From Escherichia coli (lineage in GTDB: Bacteria; Pseudomonadota; Gammaproteobacteria; Enterobacterales; Enterobacteriaceae), in assembly GCF_003790525.1 (NCBI RefSeq), contig NZ_CP033635.1: a DNA stretch of 64,000 nt. One strand, written 5' to 3'. Below are positions 1 to 12,551 of the stretch, piece after piece (position 1 is the first letter of the stretch; each line of letters starts with the position of its first letter). The notes beneath the pieces are model-generated. The model saw only the letters and a list, made by a program, of their open reading frames with translations. It had not been told where the DNA came from and searched no databases. Both the position numbers and the translations under genes were made by a program.

Positions 1-2003
1 GGTAGCTGTATGCGGCAGCTGCGCTACCGAATTTCTGATCCATCACGCCCATCGCCCCGGTACCCATTTCGCCGTCGCCTTTGCTGGCTTCAATGGGGTT
101 CATCAGTACGCTAAGGCTGAAGGTGTCTTTCAGGCTCTGCCAGGTTTCATCTATCGCACTGAACAGCTCTTCACCGAGGTTAAACTCTGCCGGATTGAAC
201 TCTTCGTCCTGAATATTTTCTGCGGTGTAGAGGGTGTTGAGCGTACCCACTACCACTTCTTTCGCCATGGCACCTGTAAACAGGCCAACCGTTGCCTGCC
301 AGTTATCTTCATGCACGCCAATTGGCTTGAAGACCGGGGTGATCACCCGGCTGACGGACGCCAGCGCCGAGTCGTTGATGTTATCGACGATTTTCCCGCT
401 CAGCGAGAAGCTGTTGAAAGCGCTCAGGAAAATGCTGACGATGATAATCACTTTACCAGCACGCAGAACGAAGCCTTTCAGACGCTGCCAGGTCTGGATA
501 ATCAGGCTTTTAACGTGTGGTACATGATAGACCGGCAACTCCATGACAAACGGCGTCGCTTCACCGCGCATGATGGTGTACTTGAGCATCAGGCCAGTCA
601 GCACCGCCATCACGATACCCAGCATATACAGCGAGAAGACCGCCAGCGCACCGTTCTGCCCGAAGAAAGCAGCCGCAAATACGGCGAAGATAGCCAGACG
701 CGCGCCGCAGGACATAAACGGTGCCATCATGATGGTCATCAGACGTTCACGCGGTGCATCAAGCGTACGTGCGCCCATTACCGACGGTACGTTACAACCG
801 AAACCAACGATCAGCGGTACAAAGGATTTCCCCGGCAAGCCCAGCGCCTGCATCAGACGGTCCATCACAAACGCCGCACGCGCCATATATCCGGAGTCCT
901 CGAGGAAGGAGAGGAACAGGTACATCATGCCGATCTGCGGCACCAGTGGCAGCACGGTGTTAATACCGCCGCCCAGGCCCTGGGCGAGGAAGATAGTCAG
1001 CCAGTCCGGGAAGTGGAGCGTGTAGCCAATCCACTGAATACCATGCACAAATAGCGCCACGGAGCCGACGTCAAACAGCGGCTGTAACGCCCCGCCGATG
1101 TTGATAGCCAGCAGGAACATCAGGTACATCACAAAGAGGAAAATCGGCAGACCGAGGAAACGGTTGAGCACGATTTTATCTACCGCAGTGGTGAAACGGC
1201 TGGGTTCTGCCGTCAAGGTGTTGCTTACCACATCACAGATAGCAGCAATGCACTGGTAACGCGCATCGGCAATGTGCAGCGCCGGATCGTCCATCTCATT
1301 ACGCAGACGGGCGAGGGCGGCATCAAGATGCTGCGACGCTTCACCGGCGTAGGCGCGGCTGTAGATATCGCCTTCCAGCATTTGCAGACCCAGCCAGCGA
1401 CGTTGTTTCAGCGGGATGTCGGAAGGCATCACTTTTGCCAGTGAATCTGCTTCGTTGAGTAGCGGCTGTGCGTAATGCACCAGTTCCACATTCTCGTTAG
1501 CTTTATAGCGATCAATCGCCAGCTTGAGCGCTTCAATACCGCGACCACGGGTTGAAACCAGCGGGATCACCGGGCAGCCAAGACGCGCCGACAGAGCATC
1601 AATTTCAATACGAATATTTTGCTTCTCGGCAATGTCGAGCATGTTCAGCGCCACGATGCAGGGAATGCCGAGTTCCAGCAGTTGCAGCGTCAGGTACAGG
1701 TTACGCTCAAGGTTAGACGCATCCACCACGTTAATCAGCAGGTCGGCGTCGCCACTCAGAATATAGTGACAGGCGATTTGCTCATCGAGCGAGGTCTGCG
1801 ATGAGATGGTGGTCAGAGAATAGGTGCCAGGCAGGTCCACCAGGGTGACCTGATGATCGGTGGTGGAGAATTGCCCTTCTTTACGTTCGACGGTAACGCC
1901 AGCCCAGTTACCTACACGCTGACGTGCGCCAGTGAGCTGGTTAAATAAGGTTGTCTTGCCAGAATTTGGATTACCAATTAAGCCAATGGTTAATTTTTTC
2001 ATT
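1..2003 (-). CDS. feoB: Ferrous iron transporter FeoB, partial (3' end of gene lies beyond window start)
   Basis: Reverse complement of 1921..2003 reads MKKLTIGLIGNPNSGKTTLFNQLTGAR (FeoB N-terminal G-domain). Directly downstream of feoA on minus strand. No stop within window, so absent from ORF track. Confidence 0.85.
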
Positions 2004-2018
2004 GTTGTTATCACCGTA

Positions 2019-2246
2019 TTAACAGGAAACCGCTTCCACTTCTAATAAGGCCAGATCTTTTTTGCGTAATACCAGGCTCACACGACGGGTTTCGATATGA
2101 ATGGGGTCGCCGAGTGGAGCGACGCGCACCACATTAAAAGAGGAGCCAGGTAACATGCCAAGAGAAAGCAGTTTTTGGCGATATGCCGGGCTGATTTCAC
2201 GGGAAAAGCCAGTGATTTTCCACGCAGTATCTGGAGTGTATTGCAT
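2019..2246 (-). CDS. feoA: Ferrous iron transport protein A
   Basis: 75 aa ORF; translation recognised as FeoA; followed by feoB. Confidence 0.93.
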   Translation of the reverse strand: MQYTPDTAWKITGFSREISPAYRQKLLSLGMLPGSSFNVVRVAPLGDPIHIETRRVSLVLRKKDLALLEVEAVSC

Positions 2247-2361
2247 AGGTGCCTACTTGTTTCTCATTAACTGGATAACTACCTCATGGGGCGTTTGACA
2301 GCGACATGAGACCAGATGATTTGCCAACGAAGGAGAGATTAAATAATCAACAGTACAATGA

Positions 2362-2381
2362 TAATGAGAATGGTTTCTATC
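2362..2381 (-). promoter_or_regulatory. Fur-box-like element in feoA upstream region (tandem GATAAT-like hexamers: ATGATAATGAGAAT)
   Basis: By-eye match to Fur consensus GATAATGATAATCATTATC; feoAB is known to be Fur-repressed. Exact site unverified. Confidence 0.3.
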
Positions 2382-2435
2382 AGCAATACTTAAAATGTGT
2401 GTGAATGTTGGTTTGAATAATAATCTGACTCAATG

Positions 2436-2449
2436 TTGATATGGCTCAA
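2436..2449 (-). promoter_or_regulatory. FNR-like half-palindrome TTGATATGGCTCAA upstream of feoA
   Basis: Matches TTGAT-N4-NTCAA with 9 of 10 consensus positions; feoAB is known to be FNR-activated. Confidence 0.3.
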
Positions 2450-2574
2450 GGTTATATCGCAGCGAAAATATAATTCGCATGACGAATTATTAGGGCTGGT
2501 TAATGTTTAATTAAGGTTTCAGTTGTTAATGAAATGATAAATATTAACGGGATATATTATGAGTTTGCTTGTGG

Positions 2575-2605
2575 AATAAAAAGGCCGGAGATATTCTCCG
2601 GCACT
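2575..2605 (-). terminator. Probable intrinsic terminator downstream of tex (hairpin GCCGGAGAATATCTCCGGC with flanking T-runs on both strands)
   Basis: Palindrome at about 2584..2602; T-rich on minus strand after the stem. Confidence 0.45.
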
Positions 2606-2683
2606 TTTATGTCAGGCAAGGCGTTCGTTGCCAGATGTGGCGTGAACGCCTAATCGCGCAGGTTTAGGGGCCAGTCCGGGCGT

Positions 2684-5005
2684 TTAACGTTTTTTGCCCA
2701 TTGCCGCCGCCAGCGCATCCATCATCGCGCTATTACCGGCAGGCTGCGCTTCACGCCCACGCGGTTTGGCTGCCGGGCGGTTGTTCTGCGGACGTTCATT
2801 ACCGCCGCCGCGACGAGCGTTGGTTTCGCCAGGCTGCTCGTCCAGACGCATAGTCAGGGCGATACGTTTGCGCTGAAGATCCACTTCCAGCACTTTCACC
2901 TTCACAATATCGCCCGCTTTCACCACGGTATGCGGATCTTCCACAAACTTGTTCGACAATGAAGAGATGTGAACCAGGCCGTCCTGATGAACGCCAATAT
3001 CGACAAACGCGCCAAAGTTGGTGACGTTGGTCACCGCACCTTCGAGGATCATACCCGGTTGCAGGTCGTTCATCGTTTCGACGCCATCGGCAAACTGAGC
3101 GGTTTTAAATTCCGGACGCGGATCGCGACCCGGTTTTTCCAGCTCTTTGATGATGTCAGTTACCGTCGGTACACCGAATTTTTCATCAGTAAAGTCAGAC
3201 GCTTTCAGGTTACGCAACTCGCTGCTGTTACCCATCAGATCTTTCAGTGCCTGCTGTGTTGCTGCCAGAATGCGTTCCACCACCGGATAGGCTTCCGGGT
3301 GGACGGTAGACGCGTCCAGCGGGTTATCACCATGGTTAATGCGCAAGAAGCCCGCGCACTGCTCGAAGGCTTTCGGCCCCAGACGGCTCACTTTCAGCAG
3401 TTGCTGACGGTTCTGGAACTGACCGTTCTCATCGCGCCAGGCAACGATGTTTTGCGCCATCATGCGCGTCAGGCCCGCCACGCGAGTTAACAGCGGAACA
3501 GAAGCGGTGTTGAGATCGACGCCAACGGCGTTTACGCAGTCTTCTACTATTGCGTCCAGTTTGCGGGCCAGTTGCGTCTGGCTGACGTCATGCTGATACT
3601 GACCTACGCCGATAGATTTCGGATCGATTTTCACCAGCTCCGCCAGCGGATCCTGCAAACGGCGGGCTATAGACACCGCGCCACGCAGCGAAACGTCGAG
3701 ATCCGGGAACTCCTGTGCTGCCAGCTCGGAAGCCGAGTAAACCGACGCGCCAGCTTCGCTGACGATCACTTTCTGCGCGGTCACTTTCGGGAACTGCTTC
3801 TGCACGTCGAGATAGAAACGCTCGGTTTCGCGGGAAGCTGTACCGTTGCCGATCGCCACCAGTTCAACGTTATGCTTTTCACACAGGGCAGCAACGGTCA
3901 TCGCTGCTTTTGCGGCTTGTCCGGTATGTGGATAAATGGTATCGGTCGCCACCAGTTTGCCAGTTGCATCGACCACCGCTACTTTTACCCCGGTACGCAG
4001 ACCCGGATCGAGGCCCATCGTTGCACGCAGTCCGGCTGGGGCCGCCATCAGCAGATCGTGCAGGTTACGGGCAAAGACGTTGATTGCTTCATCTTCCGCG
4101 CGTTCGCGCACGGTGCCCATCAGTTCGGTTTCCAGATGCATCAGCACCTTGATGCGCCACGTCCAGCTCACCACGCCTTTGCGCCAGCTATCCGCCGGGG
4201 CATTGTTCAGGCGCAGGCCAAGGTGATCCATGATGATTTGCTCGCAATAGCTCTCTTTCGGCGGCTCTTCGAACTGCGGATCGGCATTCAGCGAAAGCTG
4301 AAGTATGCCTTCGTTACGCCCACGGAACATCGCCAGCGCGCGGTGAGAAGGCACCGTGGATAGCGGTTCGTGATGATCGAAATAGTCGCGGAATTTCGCC
4401 CCTTCCTCTTCTTTACCGCTCACCACCGTCGAAACCAAATGCGCGTTCTTCCACAGATAATCACGCACTTTTGCCAGCAGCGCGGCATCTTCGGCAAACC
4501 GTTCCATCAGGATATAGCGCGCGCCGTCCAGCGCGGCTTTGGTATCTGCCACGCCTTTATCTGCATCAACATATTGTGCAGCCGCGACTTCTGGCGTGTG
4601 TGACGGATCGCTCCACAGCAGGTCAGCCAACGGCTCAAGCCCTGCTTCAATGGCGATTTGCCCGCGGGTGCGGCGTTTAGGTTTGTAGGGTAGGTAGAGG
4701 TCTTCGAGTTCGGTTTTGCTTAAGGTGGCGTTGATGGCCTTCGCCAGATCATCGGTGAGTTTGCCTTGCTCGGAAATGGATTTGAGGATCGCCTGACGCC
4801 TCTCTTCCAGCTCGCGCAGATAGCTCAGACGCGTTTCCAGATTACGCAGCTGCGTGTCATCCAGACCGCCGGTGATTTCCTTACGATAACGTGCGATAAA
4901 CGGCACGGTATTCCCTTCGTCAAGCAGGCGAACGGCAGCGTCAACCTGTTCCGGGCGCGCCTGAATTTCACCCGCAATAATGCGGCAGAACGAATCATTC
5001 ATCAT
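2684..5005 (-). CDS. tex: Transcription accessory protein Tex (YhgF), S1 domain RNA-binding
   Basis: 773 aa ORF; translation recognised ([20 protein letters not shown]...). Confidence 0.95.
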   Translation of the reverse strand: MMNDSFCRIIAGEIQARPEQVDAAVRLLDEGNTVPFIARYRKEITGGLDDTQLRNLETRLSYLRELEERRQAILKSISEQGKLTDDLAKAINATLSKTELEDLYLPYKPKRRTRGQIAIEAGLEPLADLLWSDPSHTPEVAAAQYVDADKGVADTKAALDGARYILMERFAEDAALLAKVRDYLWKNAHLVSTVVSGKEEEGAKFRDYFDHHEPLSTVPSHRALAMFRGRNEGILQLSLNADPQFEEPPKESYCEQIIMDHLGLRLNNAPADSWRKGVVSWTWRIKVLMHLETELMGTVRERAEDEAINVFARNLHDLLMAAPAGLRATMGLDPGLRTGVKVAVVDATGKLVATDTIYPHTGQAAKAAMTVAALCEKHNVELVAIGNGTASRETERFYLDVQKQFPKVTAQKVIVSEAGASVYSASELAAQEFPDLDVSLRGAVSIARRLQDPLAELVKIDPKSIGVGQYQHDVSQTQLARKLDAIVEDCVNAVGVDLNTASVPLLTRVAGLTRMMAQNIVAWRDENGQFQNRQQLLKVSRLGPKAFEQCAGFLRINHGDNPLDASTVHPEAYPVVERILAATQQALKDLMGNSSELRNLKASDFTDEKFGVPTVTDIIKELEKPGRDPRPEFKTAQFADGVETMNDLQPGMILEGAVTNVTNFGAFVDIGVHQDGLVHISSLSNKFVEDPHTVVKAGDIVKVKVLEVDLQRKRIALTMRLDEQPGETNARRGGGNERPQNNRPAAKPRGREAQPAGNSAMMDALAAAMGKKR

Positions 5006-5101
5006 GGTTTGAGTTCATCTTTTCGGATCAAAAATCAGGGGATAGTTATACGGACTGGCTGGCAAAAATGCCAGCCATCGGCAGGAGGTTAAGACTCTTC
5101 C

Positions 5102-5578
5102 TTACGGTTTCACGTACTCGATAGCATTAACATACCAGCTCGCTTCCCCGGCAGGGGTATTCACCACCGCCAGATCGCCGACTTCTTTTTTCAGCAATGC
5201 GCGGGCCATCGGGGAATCGATAGAGATGTAATCTTTACGGCCAAAAATTTCATCGTAGCCGACAATACGGAAACGGTGAGTCACGCCATCGTCGTTTTCA
5301 ATCTCCACCCACGCGCCAAAAAAGACTTTGCCTTCCTGCTGCGGGGAGTAATCGACGATTTTGAGATTTTCCATGCATTTAGTGAGATAGCGCACGCGAC
5401 GGTCGATTTCACGCAGGCGCTTTTTATTATACTGATAGTCAGCATTTTCGCTGCGGTCGCCCAAACTTGCGGCCCAGGTCACTTTCTTTGTGACCTCCGG
5501 GCGTTCTTCACGCCAGAGATAATTAAGCTCTTGTTTGAGTTTTTCATACCCTTCCCGGGTAACCAGGGGCGTTTTCAT
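5102..5578 (-). CDS. greB: Transcription elongation factor GreB
   Basis: ORF-track 170 aa trimmed to internal ATG (CAT at 5576..5578) giving 158 aa MKTPLVTREGYEKL...; matches GreB. Confidence 0.93.
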   Translation of the reverse strand: MKTPLVTREGYEKLKQELNYLWREERPEVTKKVTWAASLGDRSENADYQYNKKRLREIDRRVRYLTKCMENLKIVDYSPQQEGKVFFGAWVEIENDDGVTHRFRIVGYDEIFGRKDYISIDSPMARALLKKEVGDLAVVNTPAGEASWYVNAIEYVKP

Positions 5579-5805
5579 CTCGTTGATTCCCTTTGTCTGT
5601 TTGATAATGCGCACATTGGGTATAACGTGATCATATCAACAGAATCAATAATGTTTCGCCGAATAAATTGTATACTTAAGCTGCTGTTTAATATGCTTTG
5701 TAACAATTTAGGCTGAAATTCATACCAGATTTAGCTGGTGACGAACGTGAGCTTTTTTAAGAATACACGCTTACAAATTGTTGCGAACCTTTGGGAGTAC
5801 AAACA

Positions 5806-7874
<2,069 letters not shown>

Positions 7875-7876
7875 AT

Positions 7877-7907
7877 AAAACGGGAGGTGAAGGTGCCTCC
7901 CGTTTTT
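7877..7907. terminator. Bidirectional intrinsic terminator (AAAA-CGGGAGG-loop-CCTCCCG-TTTTT) shared by envZ and the minus-strand antitoxin gene
   Basis: 7 bp GC-rich stem 7881..7887 / 7896..7902 with A-run before and T-run after; antitoxin stop codon (7906..7908) lies in the T-run. Confidence 0.75.
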
Positions 7908-8202
7908 AGATTGTTTTCAATTGATTGATAATGAAAGGATTCGCTTGCAAAAGCAGGAGCAATTTTCGGGGTGCTCCGGTAGGCTGACGGCGTTTGGTTT
8001 CCCAGCTTTTGACCAGGTCATAACTTACCCCTACGGCGACAGCAAAATCTTGCTGACGTAAACCCGTTGCTTCACGGATCGCTTTTACATCGATTTCGCT
8101 AAAAGTATGGACGTGCTCTGGTTCTGGCGTTTCTTCACCCTTTTCGATGCGTACCATTTCTTCTGCGCTGGCAAGAAGATCAGCAAATAATTCATCTTTC
8201 AT
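7906..8202 (-). CDS. HigA-like antitoxin, XRE-family helix-turn-helix DNA-binding protein (98 aa)
   Basis: ATG at 8200..8202 with GGAGG Shine-Dalgarno about 10 nt upstream; C-terminal half has an HTH_XRE signature (LRQQDFAVAVGVSYDLVKSWETKRRQPTGAPRKLL); 58 bp downstream of a RelE/ParE-type toxin gene. Confidence 0.75.
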   Translation of the reverse strand: MKDELFADLLASAEEMVRIEKGEETPEPEHVHTFSEIDVKAIREATGLRQQDFAVAVGVSYDLVKSWETKRRQPTGAPRKLLLLLQANPFIINQLKTI

Positions 8203-8260
8203 CTGTTTTCAATGCCTCCGTTGACATTTCGGCCATGGTGGAATTTGTGGAGCTTCAACA

Positions 8261-8578
8261 TTAAAGCAGCTTCTCGGACAATAGTTTCAATGCCTTTCTT
8301 TGTTCTTCTGTTAAATCATCCTGTTCATTTTTAGGATAAATCAACGCCAGATAAATTCGGCCATTGCGTGTTACGTTGTAATAAATTATCCGAGTGCCAC
8401 CCCGTTTCCCCATTCCAGAACGGTTCCAGCGAATTTTTCTAAAACTGCCTGTGCCTGCGATAATGTCACCGGCAGTGGGATCTTGAATGAGTAGTTCCTG
8501 AAAAGCCCGGAACTCATCATCAGGTAGCAATAACTGGCGGCGTTTGCTAAATCCTTGTAGTTCAATAAAGGTGAACAT
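8261..8578 (-). CDS. HigB-like toxin, RelE/ParE superfamily (Gp49-like), probable ribosome-dependent mRNA endonuclease (105 aa)
   Basis: ATG at 8576..8578 with AGGA SD; motif GTGSFRKIRWNRSGMGKRGGTRIIYY resembles the conserved core of HigB-2/Gp49-like toxins (recalled Vibrio HigB: GTGGLRKIRVASKGKGKRGGSRIIYY); toxin-upstream, antitoxin-downstream order typical of hig loci. Confidence 0.72.
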   Translation of the reverse strand: MFTFIELQGFSKRRQLLLPDDEFRAFQELLIQDPTAGDIIAGTGSFRKIRWNRSGMGKRGGTRIIYYNVTRNGRIYLALIYPKNEQDDLTEEQRKALKLLSEKLL

Positions 8579-8602
8579 AATGCATCCTGCGGTCTATTGA
8601 TA

Positions 8603-8608
8603 ATTATA
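8603..8608 (-). promoter_or_regulatory. Candidate -10 hexamer TATAAT for toxin-antitoxin cassette promoter
   Basis: Perfect TATAAT on minus strand about 25 nt upstream of toxin ATG; -35 region weak; flanked by GTACAC direct repeat (possible operator). Confidence 0.35.
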
Positions 8609-8642
8609 AGTGTACCGTGTACATATTGGTAGCTAATTAGAT

Positions 8643-8673
8643 AAAAAAACCCCTTATCCGTTTGGATAAGGGG
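8643..8673 (-). terminator. Intrinsic terminator of pck (stem CCCCTTATCC / GGATAAGGGG followed by T7 on minus strand)
   Basis: 10 bp stem at 8650..8673 with A7 run at 8643..8649 (T-run on minus strand), 20 nt downstream of pck stop. Confidence 0.75.
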
Positions 8674-8692
8674 TCAATGAGATATCAGCTGA

Positions 8693-10315
8693 TTACAGCT
8701 TAGGACCTGCCGCTACCAGCGCGGCACCCGCAGGGGTGTCGGTGTATTTATCAAAGTTGTCGATAAACAGTTTCGCCAGGGTTTCGGCTTTTTCCTGCCA
8801 CTGTTCCGGGGAAGCGTAGGTGTTACGCGGATCGAGGATCTTCGTGTCTACGCCCGGCAGTTCGGTTGGGATCGCCAGGTTAAACATCGGCAGAGTGAAG
8901 GTTTCTGCGTTATCCAGCGAACCGTTGAGGATGGCGTCGATAATGGCGCGGGTATCTTTAATCGAGATACGTTTGCCAGTGCCGTTCCAGCCGGTGTTAA
9001 CCAGATACGCCTGCGCGCCTGCCGCCTGCATACGTTTCACCAGCACTTCTGCGTACTGAGTTGGGTGCAGCGACAGGAATGCCGCGCCGAAGCAGGCGGA
9101 GAAGGTTGGCGTCGGTTCGGTGATGCCGCGCTCTGTACCAGCCAGTTTGGCGGTGAAGCCAGAGAGGAAGTGGTACTGGGTTTGATCGGCAGTCAGACGA
9201 GAAACCGGCGGCAGCACGCCGAAAGCATCAGCAGTCAGGAAGATAACCTTAGTTGCGTGGCCCGCTTTGGACACCGGCTTAACGATGTTTTCAATGTGAT
9301 AGATAGGATAAGAAACGCGGGTGTTCTCGGTTTTTGAACCATCATCAAAGTCGATAGAACCATCTTCACGCACGGTGACGTTTTCCAGCAGCGCATCACG
9401 ACGGATAGCGTTGTAGATTTCAGGTTCCGCTTCTTTCGACAGCTTGATAGTTTTTGCGTAGCAGCCGCCTTCAAAGTTAAACACGCCGTCATCGTCCCAG
9501 CCGTGTTCGTCATCGCCAATCAGGCGACGTTTCGGGTCGGTGGAAAGGGTGGTTTTACCGGTGCCGGAAAGGCCGAAGAACACCGCAACATCGCCTTTCT
9601 CACCAACGTTGGCGGAGCAGTGCATAGAAGCGATACCTTTCAGCGGCAGCAGGTAGTTCATCATTGAGAACATCCCTTTCTTCATTTCGCCGCCGTACCA
9701 GGTGCCGCCAATCAGCTGCATGCGCTCGGTCAGGTTAAACGCCACGAAGTTTTCGGAGTTCAGACCCTGTTCTTTCCACTGCGGGTTAGTGCACTTCGCG
9801 CCGTTCATAACGATAAAGTCTGGTTTGAAACCTGCCAGCTCTTCATCGCTCGGGCGAATAAACATGTTTTTGACAAAATGCGCCTGCCAGGCCACTTCGG
9901 TGATGAAACGGACGGAAAGACGAGTATCCGGGTTCGCACCACAGAAAGCGTCGACAACGAACAGACGTTTGCCGGAAAGCTGTTTGGTCACCAGGCCTTT
10001 AAGATGCTGCCAGGTTTCCGGAGAGAGAGGTTTGTTGTCGTTCTTACCTTTGCCTTTGTCTGCCCACCAGAAAGTATCGCGAGTGGTATCGTCACGGACG
10101 ATATACTTATCTTTTGGTGAACGACCGGTGAAGATCCCGGTATCGACGGCAACGGCACCCAGATTAGTTAACACCCCGCGCTCATAACCTGTCAGGCTCG
10201 GATCGAGCTCTTCCTGATACAGCAGGTCGTAGCTTGGGTTGTAAACGATATCATGTACGTCACTGATACCATAAGCCTCGAGTTCTTGCGGGGTCAAACC
10301 ATTGTTAACGCGCAT
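8693..10315 (-). CDS. pck: Phosphoenolpyruvate carboxykinase (ATP)
   Basis: ORF-track 563 aa begins at a TTG; internal ATG (CAT 10313..10315) gives 540 aa [20 protein letters not shown]..., matching PckA. Confidence 0.95.
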
Positions 10316-10535
10316 TTCACTGCTCCTTAGCCAATATGTATTGCCTGAATAGTAAAGTCTTTTTGGGGGTGTTAACCGCGACAAGGCTCATAGATTTACG
10401 TATCTGGAGAAATTCATATTTGACAAAAAACTCCGTGATTCCTGTCACGAAACGGTTGCTATTATCGCAGAAATAGCATTTTAGGTGTGGAAAATGTTCT
10501 CAAAAGGTTAAATCTTGGTTTATATGGCGGGAATA

Positions 10536-10551
10536 TTGTGAGTGGAATCGC
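10536..10551. promoter_or_regulatory. CRP-like site TGTGAGTGGAATCGCA in pck/yhgE divergent region
   Basis: TGTGA-N6-TCGCA, 4 of 5 in second half-site; pck is CRP-regulated by recall. Low confidence. Confidence 0.25.
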
Positions 10552-10693
10552 ATTCCTGAATGAAATTGATGCAAATTCAATCGGTAAAGTATCGATTCAC
10601 CACGCTAACTTTTTTTGATTATTTTCTGAAAAAAGCAAAATACTACGGCCTGGATGCGATAATTAACCCACTTTTTGATTCTGGATAACTAAC

Positions 10694-12418
10694 ATGGATA
10701 GCGTTGAACTTTCACCCGCAACACGTTGGGGGATGATTGCTACCGGATTACTTCAGGGTCTGGTTTGCTACCTGCTGATCGCCTGGCTTGCAGGAAAAAA
10801 TCTCAGTTGGATTGTTTATGGCGTGCCTGCGACCGTCGCGTTTTCATCCGTTTTACTCTTCTCCGTGATCTCCTTTAAACAGAAGCGCCTTTGGGGATGG
10901 CTGGCGCTGGTGTTTATTGCCACGCTAGGGATGAGCGGTTGGCTAAAGTGGCAAATTGATGGCATGACCCCCTGGAGAGCTGAAAAGGCGATTTGGGATT
11001 TTGGCTGCTATCTGCTGCTGATGGCAATGTTGTTGCTACCGTGGATACAACAAAGCCTTCGCATCCGCAATGACAGTAGCCGCTATCGCTATTTTTACCA
11101 GTCAGTATGGCATAACGTACTTATATTACTGGTGATTTTTCTCGCCAATGGCCTGACGTGGCTGGTGCTTTTACTGTGGAGTGAGTTGTTTAAACTTGTT
11201 GGCATCACGTTTTTCAAAACGCTCTTTTTTGCAACCGACTGGTTTATTTATCTAACGTTAGGTCTGGTTACCGCGCTGGCGGTGATCCTCGCGCGAACAC
11301 AGTCACGTTTAATCGACTCTATTCAAAAGTTGTTCACGTTAATCGCCACGGGGTTGCTGCCGTTAGTATCATTGCTAACCCTGATGTTTATTATCACCCT
11401 GCCGTTTACGGGCCTGAGCGCGATTTCTCGCCACATCTCCGCCGCTGGGTTGCTGTTAACGCTGGCCTTTTTGCAATTGATCTTAATGGCTATTGTCCGC
11501 GATCCGCAAAAAGCGTCACTTCCCTGGACGGGGCCGTTGCGTTGCCTGATTAAAACCGCTCTGCTGGCTGCTCCGCTGTATGTGTTCGTCGCCGCCTGGG
11601 CGTTATGGCTGCGGGTCGCTCAGTACGGCTGGACTGTCGACCGCTTGCAGGGCGCGCTGGCGGTGCTGGTGTTACTGGTATGGTCGCTGGGGTATTTTGT
11701 CAGTATCGTCTGGCGTAAAGAGCAAAACCCTCTTGTTCTTCAGGGCAAAGTGAACCTTGCGGTTTCGTTATTGGTGTTGGTAATACTGGTGCTTCTTAAT
11801 TCGCCGGTGCTGGATAGTATGCGCATTAGTGTGAACAGTCATATGGCGCGTTATCAGAGCGGCAAAAACACGCCAGACCAGGTAACTATCTACATGCTCG
11901 AACAGAGCGGTCGCTATGGACGTGCGGCGCTTGAGTCGCTGAAAAGCGATGCCGGGTTTATGAAAGACCCGAAACGCGCGCGGGATCTGCTGATGGCGTT
12001 AGATGGAGAGCAACATCTTCAGGAACAGGTATCGGAAAAAGTATTAGCCGATAATGTGTTAATTGCCCCAGGTTCTGGTAAACCGGATGCGACATTCTGG
12101 TCGGCCTTAATCCAGGATCGCTTTAACGTGATGACCTGTATTGAAAAAGACGCCTGCGTACTGGTCGAGCAAGATCTGAATAGTGATGGTCAGGCGGAGC
12201 GGATCCTGTTTGCTTTTAATGATGACAGAGTCATTGTCTATGGCTTTGACTCAGATAGAAAAGAATGGGACGCGCTTGATATGAGTTTACTTCCGCGCCA
12301 AATAACGAAAGAAAAATTACTCGCTGCTGCGAAGGATGGAAAGCTGGGGACGAGGCCTAAAGCGTGGCGCGATCTGACGGTAGATGGTGAAACGCTGGAA
12401 ATAAACTTAAGTAAGTGA
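10694..12418 (+). CDS. yhgE: Inner membrane protein YhgE (DUF4153 family), function unknown
   Basis: 574 aa, highly hydrophobic N-terminal two-thirds; translation recognised as YhgE. Confidence 0.9.
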   Translation: MDSVELSPATRWGMIATGLLQGLVCYLLIAWLAGKNLSWIVYGVPATVAFSSVLLFSVISFKQKRLWGWLALVFIATLGMSGWLKWQIDGMTPWRAEKAIWDFGCYLLLMAMLLLPWIQQSLRIRNDSSRYRYFYQSVWHNVLILLVIFLANGLTWLVLLLWSELFKLVGITFFKTLFFATDWFIYLTLGLVTALAVILARTQSRLIDSIQKLFTLIATGLLPLVSLLTLMFIITLPFTGLSAISRHISAAGLLLTLAFLQLILMAIVRDPQKASLPWTGPLRCLIKTALLAAPLYVFVAAWALWLRVAQYGWTVDRLQGALAVLVLLVWSLGYFVSIVWRKEQNPLVLQGKVNLAVSLLVLVILVLLNSPVLDSMRISVNSHMARYQSGKNTPDQVTIYMLEQSGRYGRAALESLKSDAGFMKDPKRARDLLMALDGEQHLQEQVSEKVLADNVLIAPGSGKPDATFWSALIQDRFNVMTCIEKDACVLVEQDLNSDGQAERILFAFNDDRVIVYGFDSDRKEWDALDMSLLPRQITKEKLLAAAKDGKLGTRPKAWRDLTVDGETLEINLSK

Positions 12419-12477
12419 CAACGCTTTTAACGGATACGACGCTGTATCTGACCAAAATAACTTGCGATTTATTTCAT

Positions 12478-12505
12478 AGGCCTGGTAAGCGCAGCGCATC
12501 AGGCC
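12478..12505. repeat. REP-like palindromic unit (TAGGCCTGGTAAGCGCAGCGCATCAGGCC)
   Basis: Imperfect palindrome with GCCTGATGCGC core typical of E. coli REP elements, between convergent yhgE and hslO. Confidence 0.4.
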
Positions 12506-12520
12506 ATTACGTCGTAAAAT

Positions 12521-12542
12521 CCGGCAGAGCCCTCTCTGCCGG
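12521..12542 (-). terminator. Hairpin (9 bp stem CCGGCAGAG / CTCTGCCGG) 10 nt downstream of hslO stop; possible terminator
   Basis: Perfect 9 bp stem with 4 nt loop; weak T-run (ATTTTA) follows on minus strand. Confidence 0.4.
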
Positions 12543-12551
12543 ACATACTCA

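Noticed and set aside
311-1054. 247 aa plus-strand ORF (and neighbours at 234..527, 543..1025) inside the feoB region
   Set aside because: Antisense to the feoB coding sequence that fills this interval; no independent start or RBS signal; treated as a phantom ORF.
3572-4363. 263 aa plus-strand ORF inside tex
   Set aside because: Entirely antisense to the well-supported 773 aa Tex gene; His/Arg-rich composition typical of reverse-frame artefacts.
5056-5076. Hairpin (GCTGGCA / TGCCAGC) between greB stop and tex start
   Set aside because: No adjacent T-run on the minus strand; could be a weak structure in the tex promoter region but not a supportable terminator call.
10316-10384. N-terminal extensions proposed by the ORF track (pck to 10384, yrfG to 14580, aroK from 23941, yhfY from 31534, yhfU from 35336, hofM from 20428, hofP from 22148, rpsL from 63254, greB to 5614, ompR from 5791, yhfK to 51074, yheO from 61414)
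   Set aside because: Extensions start at non-ATG codons or lack an RBS; the internal ATG gives the recognised protein N-terminus in each case.
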